Below, one piece after another: positions 9,204 through 17,446 of a stretch of DNA of 39,145 bases; position 1 is the stretch's first letter, and each line of letters starts with the position of its first letter. The position numbers and the translations under genes are program-made. The stretch lies in NCBI GenBank assembly GCA_041082155.1, contig JBDOIB010000021.1, forward strand, positions 1 to 39,145, read 5' to 3'. Origin of the DNA: Thermodesulfobacteriota bacterium (GTDB taxonomy: Bacteria > Desulfobacterota > BSN033 > UBA1163). The notes beneath the pieces are model-generated. The model saw only the letters and a program-made list of their open reading frames with translations. It was not told where the DNA came from and ran no database searches.

Positions 9204-10274
9204 ATGAGAAAACTGAGATTTCATCCATGTGGAAACTATAAAGAGAGTTACGAGGAAGAACTAACCATATTCACCACAGACTTTGGAAGACTATGGACCG
9301 GGATAGGACTCATTCTTCTTTTTGTGGTCATTCCTTTGATCTCTAATCCTTATCTTCTGTACGTCATCAATCATATCGGGATAGCCGCTATTGCGGCGAT
9401 TGGTCTCAATATTCTCATTGGATATACCGGGCAGATCTCATTGGGGCATGGAGCCTTTTTTGGGGTGGGGGCCTATGGAGCAGCGATTCTGGCCACTGCG
9501 GTAGGATTCCCATTCTGGCTCTCCGTCATTGGTGCCGGTGTGATTACAGCCATGGTCGGGATGGTCTTTGGGATTCCTTCGGCAAGGCTCAAACACCTCT
9601 ACCTGACGATTGCTACTCTCGCCGGTCAGTTTATTCTGCAATATCTTTTTGTCTCCTGGGAAAGCCTTACCAAAGGTCCGATGGGAATCATGCTTCCTCG
9701 GGCAACCCTCTTTGGATTCGATGTCAAAGGGGACCGAACCTTTTATTATGTCATCTTTGTCTGCTTTGTGGTCTTGACATGGATTGCAGTCAATCTCATG
9801 CGAACCCGATATGGGCGGGCATTCATTGCTATCCGGGATAACGATCGGGCGGCTGAGGGAATGGGGATTCCGATCTTCCGGTATAAACTTCTCTCTTTTG
9901 CCATTAGCTCCTTTTATGCTGGTTTTGCAGGTGGCCTTGCGGCCTTCTACATCGGGAGTATTACTCCGGAACCCTATACGCTGATGCTCTCCGTAGAATA
10001 CATTGCAATGATTATCATTGGTGGTTTAGGAAGTATCCCGGGATCGGTATTTGGAGCTATTTTCATCACTTCTTTAAACGAGATTTTAAGCCATGCCACA
10101 CAGTTTTTTATGAATATTGGCGTGTTGACGAAGGTCGCTCTGACGATCGCACCTCTTCGGGAGTTCATCTTTGGATTGGCGATCGTTCTCTTTATTATCT
10201 TCGAACCTCGAGGATTGGCTGAGGTTTGGAGAATCATCAAGTCAAGCTTTAAACTCTGGCCATTTTCATATTAA
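9204..10274 (+). CDS. Branched-chain-amino-acid-type ABC transporter permease, LivM-like
   Basis: Polytopic membrane protein. GYTGQISLGHGAFFGVGAY motif typical of LivM. Strong RBS GAGGAGGA. Confidence 0.9.
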   Translation: MRKLRFHPCGNYKESYEEELTIFTTDFGRLWTGIGLILLFVVIPLISNPYLLYVINHIGIAAIAAIGLNILIGYTGQISLGHGAFFGVGAYGAAILATAVGFPFWLSVIGAGVITAMVGMVFGIPSARLKHLYLTIATLAGQFILQYLFVSWESLTKGPMGIMLPRATLFGFDVKGDRTFYYVIFVCFVVLTWIAVNLMRTRYGRAFIAIRDNDRAAEGMGIPIFRYKLLSFAISSFYAGFAGGLAAFYIGSITPEPYTLMLSVEYIAMIIIGGLGSIPGSVFGAIFITSLNEILSHATQFFMNIGVLTKVALTIAPLREFIFGLAIVLFIIFEPRGLAEVWRIIKSSFKLWPFSY

Positions 10275-10294
10275 AAAGGGTGGTGAGGTAAGAA

Positions 10295-11098
10295 ATGGAA
10301 GACAACCTTCTTCTTCAGATCAACAATATCAGTGTCGTCTATTCAGACGTCATTCAGGTCCTCAAAGGGGTCTCACTGGAGGTGAAGAAGGGGCAGATTG
10401 TTTCTCTCCTTGGAAGTAATGGAGCAGGTAAAACGACCACTCTGAAAGCCATCTCAGGACTCCTTAAACCCGAAAATGGAAAGGTCACTGAAGGAAGTAT
10501 CATTTATCAGGGTCGTCCCATTCATAACTCTTCTCCGGAAGAGATTACCCGATTAGGGATCATTCAGGTTCTTGAAGGTCGCCAACCCTTTAAATACCTC
10601 ACGGTGGAGGAAAACCTAAGGGTCGGAACGGCCACTCGATGGGGGAAACCTTACAAAAAGGACCTTGAATTGGTCTACCATTATTTTCAGCCATTGGTGG
10701 CTCGAAAGAATCGACTGGCCGGATACTGTAGCGGCGGAGAGCTACAGATGCTCGTGATGGGTCGGGCCTTGATGGCTCAACCCAAGCTTCTTCTCCTTGA
10801 TGAGCCCTCTCTGGGGCTCGCTCCCTTTCTGGTAAGAGAGATCTTTGAAATCGTAAAGAGGATCAATGAAGAGCAGGGAACGACGATCATGCTCGTCGAG
10901 CAGAATGCCAATATGGCCCTTCAGATTGCACACTATGGATATGTGATGGAGAATGGAAAGATCGTAATGGAAGACGAGGCTTCAAAATTGAGAGAGAATC
11001 CGGATGTAAAGGAGTTTTACCTTGGTACGGCAACCTCCGGAGCCCTAAAATCATATAAAGACGTAAAGGCTTATAAGAGGCGAAAAAGGTGGCTATAA
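10295..11098 (+). CDS. ABC transporter ATP-binding protein, LivF-like
   Basis: Walker A GSNGAGKTT. Signature CSGGELQMLVMGRAL. Walker B LLLLDEPSLGLAP. VEQNANMAL motif. Confidence 0.9.
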   Translation: MEDNLLLQINNISVVYSDVIQVLKGVSLEVKKGQIVSLLGSNGAGKTTTLKAISGLLKPENGKVTEGSIIYQGRPIHNSSPEEITRLGIIQVLEGRQPFKYLTVEENLRVGTATRWGKPYKKDLELVYHYFQPLVARKNRLAGYCSGGELQMLVMGRALMAQPKLLLLDEPSLGLAPFLVREIFEIVKRINEEQGTTIMLVEQNANMALQIAHYGYVMENGKIVMEDEASKLRENPDVKEFYLGTATSGALKSYKDVKAYKRRKRWL

Positions 11099-11108
11099 AC
11101 AATATTAC

Positions 11109-11136
11109 GTAAGGCGTAAGGGGTAAGGGGTAAGGG
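11109..11136 (+). repeat. Four tandem copies of the heptamer GTAAGG(C/G) (G-tract-rich microsatellite)
   Basis: Read directly: GTAAGGC GTAAGGG GTAAGGG GTAAGGG. It begins 11 nt after the livF-like stop. Confidence 0.95.
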
Positions 11137-11144
11137 AAACATCT

Positions 11145-11162
11145 GGGCGACATGGGTCGCCC
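11145..11162 (+). terminator. GC-rich hairpin (7-bp stem GGGCGAC/GTCGCCC, loop ATGG) without a U-tract; possible operon-end structure
   Basis: The stem arms at 11145-11151 and 11156-11162 are perfectly complementary. The hairpin is followed by ATTAAAAATG, so it is not a canonical intrinsic terminator. Confidence 0.3.
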
Positions 11163-11207
11163 ATTAAAAATGCTTCATTTGTGAAAATTTGCACTGAAGG
11201 AAAGGGG

Positions 11208-12794
11208 ATGAAGAGTCCTATGGATATTCATATTGGAGAGATACTGGCAAGAAACGCAAGACTCTATCCCAATGAGGTTGCTCTCATTGAAAGGATCCCG
11301 GCCGAGGGAAAGAGAAAAGAGATTACCTGGAGGCAGTTCGATGAGAGGGCCAATCGATTTGCTAATGCTTTGATGCAAAGAGGAATTGGAAAAGGGGATA
11401 AGGTCATCCACCTCATGATGAATTCCATCGATTGGCTGATTGCCTATTTTGGTATTATTCGGACAGGGGCCTGGGCAGTGCCACTCAATTTTCGCTTCAC
11501 GGGGAGTGATATTAAATACTGCTGCGAAGTGGCTGAACCTAAAGCCATGATCTTTGGAGAAGAGTTTGTGGATCGAGTGAGCGAAATTAAGGATGATCTT
11601 CCTACGATTAAACATTATTTCTTTGTGGGGAAGGAGGTTCCAAGTTACGCAGAGTCTTTTGAACGGGCTCTTGACAGAGCCCCTTCCACCCCCTCCAATG
11701 TTACGATCACTTACCATGATCCCTGTGGTCTTTACTTTACTTCAGGGACAACCGGGCAGCCCAAGCCGATTCTTCTTACCCATAAGAATATGATCTGTGC
11801 CTGTATCACGGAGAATCATCATCATTTCCAGACCCGAAGGGACAACTTTATTCTTATTCCTCCTCTTTATCATACCGGAGCGAAGATGCACTGGTTCGGG
11901 AGTTTTATCGTGGGAGGCCGGGCAGTGATTCTGAAAGGAGTCGCTCCTGAGTATATTCTTGAAGCCATTCATGAAGAGAAAGGAACGCTTATTTTCCTTC
12001 TGGTTCCATGGGCTCAGGATATTCTGTTAAAAATTGATAGCGGGGAGATTAAACTAGAAAATTATGATCTCAAACAGTGGAGGCTGATGCATATCGGGGC
12101 CCAACCTGTTCCTCCTTCTCTGGTCAAACACTGGAAGGAATATTTTCCTCGTATGGCTTATGATACCAATTATGGATTAAGTGAGTCTACCGGTCCCGGG
12201 TGTGTTCATCTTGGAATAGAGAATGAGCATAAGGTTGGAGCCATTGGCCTGCCGGGGTTTAACTGGGAAGCACGGATTGTGGATGAAGAGGGAAGGGATG
12301 TGCGACAGGGAGAAGTCGGAGAGCTGGTCGTCCGCGGAGATGGGGTCATGAAGGAGTATTACAAAAACCCTGAGGCTACAGCAAAGGCAATCCGTGATGG
12401 CTGGCTTTATACGGGAGATATGGCCAGACAGGATGATGAAGGATTTATCTATTTAGTGGATCGGAAAAAGGACCTGATCATCTGTGGAGGTGAGAATGTT
12501 TTTCCTGTGGAGGTTGAGGATTTTCTTCACACCCTGCCGGGGGTGAAGGATGTGGCTGCCATCGGATTTCCGGACGAACGACTGGGGGAGATCGTGGGGG
12601 TGATCATTGAGGTGGTTCCCGGAAAGACCCTCACCGAAGAAGAGGTCTTTAGATTCTGTGAACAGCTCCCAAAATATAAACGCCCGCGGAAGGTCATCTT
12701 TGGAGAGGTTCCCCGAAATCCCACCGGAAAGATCGAAAAACCCAAACTTCGAAAGAAGTATATCGGAGTGGAAGAGGCCTTTAAGATAAAATAA
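11208..12794 (+). CDS. AMP-forming acyl/aryl-CoA ligase (medium-chain / aromatic acid type)
   Basis: Motifs YFTSGTTGQPKPILLTHKN, GWLYTGDMARQDDEGFIYLVDRKKDLIICGGENVFPVEVE and PRNPTGKIEKPKL. I preferred the ATG at 11208 (RBS GAAGGAAAGGGG) to the track GTG at 11181. Confidence 0.88.
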   Translation: MKSPMDIHIGEILARNARLYPNEVALIERIPAEGKRKEITWRQFDERANRFANALMQRGIGKGDKVIHLMMNSIDWLIAYFGIIRTGAWAVPLNFRFTGSDIKYCCEVAEPKAMIFGEEFVDRVSEIKDDLPTIKHYFFVGKEVPSYAESFERALDRAPSTPSNVTITYHDPCGLYFTSGTTGQPKPILLTHKNMICACITENHHHFQTRRDNFILIPPLYHTGAKMHWFGSFIVGGRAVILKGVAPEYILEAIHEEKGTLIFLLVPWAQDILLKIDSGEIKLENYDLKQWRLMHIGAQPVPPSLVKHWKEYFPRMAYDTNYGLSESTGPGCVHLGIENEHKVGAIGLPGFNWEARIVDEEGRDVRQGEVGELVVRGDGVMKEYYKNPEATAKAIRDGWLYTGDMARQDDEGFIYLVDRKKDLIICGGENVFPVEVEDFLHTLPGVKDVAAIGFPDERLGEIVGVIIEVVPGKTLTEEEVFRFCEQLPKYKRPRKVIFGEVPRNPTGKIEKPKLRKKYIGVEEAFKIK

Positions 12795-12810
12795 GATAAA
12801 AGGGGAGATC

Positions 12811-12856
12811 AGGGGAGGCGAATGAAAGCCATCTTTCATTCGCCTCCCCTTTTTAT
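12811..12856 (+). terminator. Rho-independent terminator
   Basis: Perfect 18-bp stem, AGGGGAGGCGAATGAAAG (12811-12828) pairing with CTTTCATTCGCCTCCCCT (12833-12850). The loop is CCAT and TTTTAT follows. It starts 17 nt after the ligase stop codon. Confidence 0.9.
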
Positions 12857-12896
12857 GAATAGGAAGAAATTAAAAAAGTATGTTATCTTTAAATAA

Positions 12897-13715
12897 ATGA
12901 AGGATGAGGGAGGGATATTCTTAGGGATTGATATTGGTTCGTACAACTCCAAGGGAGTCTGTCTGAATCCTCAAGAGACTCTGGCCTCCTTTGATTGCCT
13001 GTCTCGAGGGGACTATAAGGCGACGGCCGAAAAGATTAAAGCCGAACTCCTTCGTCACTCCGGAAGGAAAGAAGAGGAGATCTCCTGGACAGTCGCCACC
13101 GGATTCGGTGCACAACTCGTTTCTTACGCCAATGAGACTAAAACAGATATTTTATGCCTGGCCAAAGGGGTGGCCTCGATTTTCCCTCACGTGAGAACGG
13201 TGATAGATATCGGAGATCTCTATACGAAGATCATCCGAATGGATGGCAGAGGGACGGTCCATAATTTTCTATTAAGTGGAAAGTGTGCAGGGGGAAGCGG
13301 TCGAATTCTTCTCATCATAGCAAAGGTTTTACAGATCAGGGTCGAGGAGATAGGTGAGTTGTCACTGAAATCTCAAAAGAGGGTGGATTTTCATACGGGA
13401 TGCGCGGTCTTCTCGGAATCGGAGGCCATTTCGCGGATTGCCGAGGGTGAAAAAAAGGAAGACCTACTGGCCGGCCTTCACCGAGCCCTTGCCGCTCAAA
13501 TTCATAGTCTTGTGCAGAGAATCGGTGTGGAAAAGGAGGTGGCTATCGTGGGAGGGGGAGCAAGGGATGTGGGATTGATCCAGGCCTTCCAGGAGGTATC
13601 AGGTTATGAGGTGTGGGTTCCTCCTCAGCCCCACATGGTTGCTGCCTTAGGGGCAGCTCTCATTGCGAGAGAAAATGTTCTTAAACGGGAGTCAATGGGC
13701 CAAGGATTCAACTGA
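12897..13715 (+). CDS. BcrAD_BadFG/HgdC-family ASKHA ATPase subunit (activator / BCR ATPase-type), divergent paralogue
   Basis: Motifs GIDIGSYNSKGV, GKCAGGSGRIL and GCAVFSESEAIS, with both cluster-ligand Cys contexts kept. Overall it is colinear with HgdC. The phosphate-2 motif reads DIGDLY instead of DIGGQD. Confidence 0.85.
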   Translation: MKDEGGIFLGIDIGSYNSKGVCLNPQETLASFDCLSRGDYKATAEKIKAELLRHSGRKEEEISWTVATGFGAQLVSYANETKTDILCLAKGVASIFPHVRTVIDIGDLYTKIIRMDGRGTVHNFLLSGKCAGGSGRILLIIAKVLQIRVEEIGELSLKSQKRVDFHTGCAVFSESEAISRIAEGEKKEDLLAGLHRALAAQIHSLVQRIGVEKEVAIVGGGARDVGLIQAFQEVSGYEVWVPPQPHMVAALGAALIARENVLKRESMGQGFN

Positions 13716-13794
13716 AAAATTTCCAATCTTTGAATCCTTCTTTACCACTAAATTCGAGAAGAAATTCAAAATCTTTTAGAGAAGGGGAGAAGAG

Positions 13795-14952
13795 ATGAAA
13801 TTAGATGATGTCTTTTTTAAGATCGAAAAGCAATTTAAGGAGTATGGATCAAGAGCAAGAGAGCTCGCGAGAGAAGGCCGAAAGATTATCGGTTATATAT
13901 GTTCCTTTGTCCCTCTGGAGATGATCGCAGCCTCAGGTGCTATTCCTTTTCGTGTCAGGGGAAATATTCAGGAACCCATTACCCTTGGAGATACGCTTCT
14001 TGAAACCATCGTCTGTCCCTATTATCGAAGTTGTTTTGACCTTTCCATCAAGGGAAGGTATGAATTTCTCTCAGGGCTGGTCATCCCTCATGCCTGTGAC
14101 AGCATGGTAAGGAGTTACAGTGTCTGGAGTTATTCTCTCCCCTATTCCTATTTTCATTTTGTCAATGTTCCAACAGTCTGTGAAGACTCCTCGTTTGAGT
14201 TCTTCGAAGAAGAACTGAAACATTTCAAAAAAAGTCTTGAGAAGTTTACAGGGAAATCTATTCAGGATGAAGATCTTTCGAAGGCTATTCACCTCTATAA
14301 CAAAAACAGGGATAAGATTAGAGCCCTTTATGAACTGAGAAAGGAGGATCCTCCCCTCCTCTCGGGTACCGAAATGACCATGGCCTTGACAGTAGGATCA
14401 GGCCTTCCCGTCGATGAGTCCAACGAATGGTTCGATCAGGTGATTGAAGCTGCAAAGGGACGAGGGCATTCTCCTCTTTCAAAGGGACCCAGGATTTTAA
14501 TCGATGGGGCCTGTATTGATCATATCGAACTGGTCAAACTGATCGAAGAATTGGGGGGGAATGTGGTGGCCGATACCATCTGCAATGGAGCTCGAGATTC
14601 CTTTCCGAAGACAGAAGAATCGGGAAATCCTATCCAGGCCCTTTCCCATCGCTATCTTGATCAACTGAACTGTCCAAAGACTTATCGGGCAAACAAGGCT
14701 GGAACATTCGAAGGGGATATTGCTAACCGATTTGGTGATATTGGAACTCGTGCCAAGGAGTTTCGGGTGGATGGAGCCATCCTCTATGTTTACAAATACT
14801 GTGATCCTTTTGGGTTCGAAGTTCCTGCCCGAAAGGCCTATTATCAGATGATCCAGGTCCCTATGCTTCATTTGGAGGATACCTATTCGGCAGGGAATCT
14901 GGGTCAACTTCGAACAAGAATCCAAGCCTTTTTAGAAATGATCAGTAAATAA
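13795..14952 (+). CDS. HGD-D family subunit (BcrC/BzdN/HgdB-like) of a benzoyl-CoA reductase / 2-hydroxyacyl-CoA dehydratase-type enzyme
   Basis: 385 aa. Family-typical N-terminus KIIGYICSFVPLEMIAASGAIPFRVRG. Cys contexts are CPYYRSC, HACDSM and YKYCDPFGFE. RBS GAAGGGGAGAAG. Confidence 0.8.
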   Translation: MKLDDVFFKIEKQFKEYGSRARELAREGRKIIGYICSFVPLEMIAASGAIPFRVRGNIQEPITLGDTLLETIVCPYYRSCFDLSIKGRYEFLSGLVIPHACDSMVRSYSVWSYSLPYSYFHFVNVPTVCEDSSFEFFEEELKHFKKSLEKFTGKSIQDEDLSKAIHLYNKNRDKIRALYELRKEDPPLLSGTEMTMALTVGSGLPVDESNEWFDQVIEAAKGRGHSPLSKGPRILIDGACIDHIELVKLIEELGGNVVADTICNGARDSFPKTEESGNPIQALSHRYLDQLNCPKTYRANKAGTFEGDIANRFGDIGTRAKEFRVDGAILYVYKYCDPFGFEVPARKAYYQMIQVPMLHLEDTYSAGNLGQLRTRIQAFLEMISK

Positions 14953-14968
14953 AAAAGGAGGTTCAACG

Positions 14969-16372
14969 ATGGCTGAGCAGCAGAAAGAGGCTAAACCAAA
15001 GAAAAGAATGACGGCTACCAGGGCAGCTGCATCGATCGGACCCATGGTGAAGAGTTTTATTACCGAAACCCTTCAAGCACGGGCCGAAGGAAAACAGAAA
15101 TTGGCCTATACGTTTATTGTTTGTCATCATGAGGAGATCCTGCGAGCCATGGACGTCATTCCGATCTGGACAGAGAATTTCGCAGGGGTCTGTGGAGCCA
15201 AGCGAGATGCCGAAAGGTTCCTCCAGAGGGCAGAATCCTTGGGACTCTCCCGCTCTCTATGCACCTATGCCCTTTGCGGAATCGGATTTGATCAGTGGAG
15301 GGAAGAGTTAGGGGAGATGCCTCCTGATTCTCCTTGGGGAGGGATGGCGAGGCCTGATTTTATGATCTCCAGTGGGCAGATTCTCTGTGATCCGAGATCA
15401 AAATGGTACCAAGCCTCACAACAATTTATGCCGGATGTCCCCATCTATAATATCGATCTTCCCTATCCTCTGTTTCAAAGAGATCAGGACCATCGAGAAG
15501 TCTGGGGCTACTACCATAAGTATATCGTCAAGCAGTTGAGAGGATTGGTCGCATTTGTGGAAGAGCAGACCAAAAAGAAGATGGATTATGATCGGCTCCG
15601 GGAGTTGGTCGATCTGAGCGATCGAACCTGGAATCTAATCGATGAAACCTACCGCCTCCGGAAGGCCGTTCCCTGTCCCATGGGAACCGGAGATGCAATG
15701 AATACCATGGTTCCGATCTGTTTTATGATGGCTACCCAGAAGGCCTATGACTTCTTTGTCGAACTCAAAAAGGAGCTGGAAGAGAAGATTGCCAAAGGAG
15801 AGGGAGAAGTTGAAAATGAGAAGTATCGACTCATGTGGGGAGGAGGACTGCCTGCATGGTATGCCTTAAATGACTTTAATTATTTTAATAGTAAGGGGGC
15901 TTCTTTCCCTGTGGAGACCACCTATCGAATGGTTGCCCCTCTCTACGAGATGGATATCCCGGAAACGAAGGATCCGATTGAGCATCTAGCCTGGAGATGG
16001 CTTGGATATTGGACTTTCTGGTATGACAAAGCGAGGAAAAGGCCTAATTCCGAACCGGATGTAGAACGTCTGATCAACTGGATTGAAGAATATAAGATTG
16101 ATGGGATTGTGATGCATGAGGCCTTTTCCTGTCGAACCTGGCATGTAGGTCTGATCTGGCAACTCCATCAATTAGGCAAGATTTACAAGCCTATTCCTCT
16201 CTATGTCGTTGGGAAAGATGGTAAAAAAGAGGTGGTTATGAAGGAACTCCCCTCTCTGATCTTAGAGAGTGATATTATTGACATTACTTCCTATTCTGAG
16301 GTGGATACTCGAAAAAAGATTGACGCCTTTATTGAAACCCTGGAGTCCTATCGGCTCAATAGAGCCTATTAA
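14969..16372 (+). CDS. HGD-D family subunit (BcrB/BzdO/HgdA-like) of the same enzyme
   Basis: 467 aa. KLAYTFIVCHHEEILRAMDVIPIW region. Cys contexts are LCTYALCG, ILCDPRSKW and FSCRTWH. Strong RBS AAGGAGG. It starts 16 nt after the previous gene. Confidence 0.78.
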   Translation: MAEQQKEAKPKKRMTATRAAASIGPMVKSFITETLQARAEGKQKLAYTFIVCHHEEILRAMDVIPIWTENFAGVCGAKRDAERFLQRAESLGLSRSLCTYALCGIGFDQWREELGEMPPDSPWGGMARPDFMISSGQILCDPRSKWYQASQQFMPDVPIYNIDLPYPLFQRDQDHREVWGYYHKYIVKQLRGLVAFVEEQTKKKMDYDRLRELVDLSDRTWNLIDETYRLRKAVPCPMGTGDAMNTMVPICFMMATQKAYDFFVELKKELEEKIAKGEGEVENEKYRLMWGGGLPAWYALNDFNYFNSKGASFPVETTYRMVAPLYEMDIPETKDPIEHLAWRWLGYWTFWYDKARKRPNSEPDVERLINWIEEYKIDGIVMHEAFSCRTWHVGLIWQLHQLGKIYKPIPLYVVGKDGKKEVVMKELPSLILESDIIDITSYSEVDTRKKIDAFIETLESYRLNRAY

Positions 16373-16398
16373 TTTCAGAACCCCATGGAGAGAGCCTA

Positions 16399-17241
16399 TT
16401 GACCTCCTACTTTGCCGGCATTGATATTGGGTCCACCATGACCAAGGTGGTGATCTTGAAGGATGGGGTTCTCACCTCCATTATCGGACCCACAGGTCCC
16501 GAACAACGTCGTCTGGCCAACAAGGTCATGGAGGAGGCTTTAAAGAAAGCCAACCTCCCTTTCTCTGAAATCCAGTATATCGTCTCTACCGGATATGGAA
16601 GGATTAATGTCCCATTTTCTGACCGTCAGATCACAGAGATCACCTGTCATGCAAAGGGGGTAAGCTATCTCATCCCTGAAGCAAGAACCATCATTGATAT
16701 TGGGGGTCAAGATTCAAAGGGGATAAAGATTGACCGAGGTGGGAAGGTCCTTGATTTTGTGATGAATGACAAATGTGCAGCCGGAAGTGGCCGCTTTATT
16801 GAAGTCATTGCTGAAACCCTTGGAATCTCCCTCAAAGACGTTGGCGAACTCTCTCTTCAGAGCCAGCATCCTGCGAAGATCAGCAATATCTGTACGATTT
16901 GGGCTCAACAAGAAGTGGCTGCGAGTTTAGCCCAGGGCATTGCGATTTCCGATTTACTGGCCGGGGTCCACTACTCCTTGGCAGAGAGGATCGGAAGAAT
17001 GGTGAGTCGATTAAAGATTGAGAGGGCGATTGTGGTCACTGGAGGGGGAGGGAAAAATAAAGGACTCCTTCATGCCCTTTCAGAGGTCTTGGGAGAAAAG
17101 CTCATGGTTCCAGAGGAACCCTTGATCACAGGAGCTCTCGGAGCCGCTTTGATAGCTCGAGAGATTGTTGAAGAGGCTAAGAAAAATAAGATAGTTCTTA
17201 AAACCAAAGAGCGTCGGCTGGAAGAGATAGAGATCCTATAG
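16399..17241 (+). CDS. BcrAD_BadFG/HgdC-family ASKHA ATPase subunit, canonical motifs (TTG start)
   Basis: Motifs FAGIDIGSTMTKVVIL, IIDIGGQDSKG, MNDKCAAGSGRFIEV, ICTIWAQQEV and VVTGGGGKNKGL. It aligns closely by eye with Acidaminococcus HgdC. GGAGAG lies 6-7 nt before the TTG at 16399. Confidence 0.88.
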   Translation: MTSYFAGIDIGSTMTKVVILKDGVLTSIIGPTGPEQRRLANKVMEEALKKANLPFSEIQYIVSTGYGRINVPFSDRQITEITCHAKGVSYLIPEARTIIDIGGQDSKGIKIDRGGKVLDFVMNDKCAAGSGRFIEVIAETLGISLKDVGELSLQSQHPAKISNICTIWAQQEVAASLAQGIAISDLLAGVHYSLAERIGRMVSRLKIERAIVVTGGGGKNKGLLHALSEVLGEKLMVPEEPLITGALGAALIAREIVEEAKKNKIVLKTKERRLEEIEIL

Positions 17242-17446
17242 GTTCTTAAATCCCCATAAAAATTTATAATCGATTTCTTCCATTCCCGTTTCAAACCTGC
17301 TTCTTATTTCCTGAGCAAGGGAGGGCTAAAAAATCCACCTTCAACTTGACGGAGGGGGGAAAATGGGTTAGGTTAAATAGTCCAAAATAATAAGATAACT
17401 CCTCAATCTTACATTCTTTTTCGCTCTTAGGGAGAATGGCGGTCCA

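Noticed and set aside
11175-11717. 180-aa minus-strand ORF. The same applies to 17783-18355, 32560-33057, 37885-38400 and 5311-5757 on the minus strand.
   Set aside because: Each is nested in a confidently identified + strand gene (CoA ligase, lysS, waaA/lpxK junction, larB, SBP/livG-like). None has recognisable domains. No minus-strand gene is supportable anywhere in the window.
17242-17446. T-box or attenuator leader upstream of lysS, and likewise a leader upstream of leuA (34111-34161)
   Set aside because: There is no specifier or T-box sequence, no leader peptide rich in Lys or Leu codons, and no alternative hairpins. The leuA upstream region is only about 50 nt of A/T runs.
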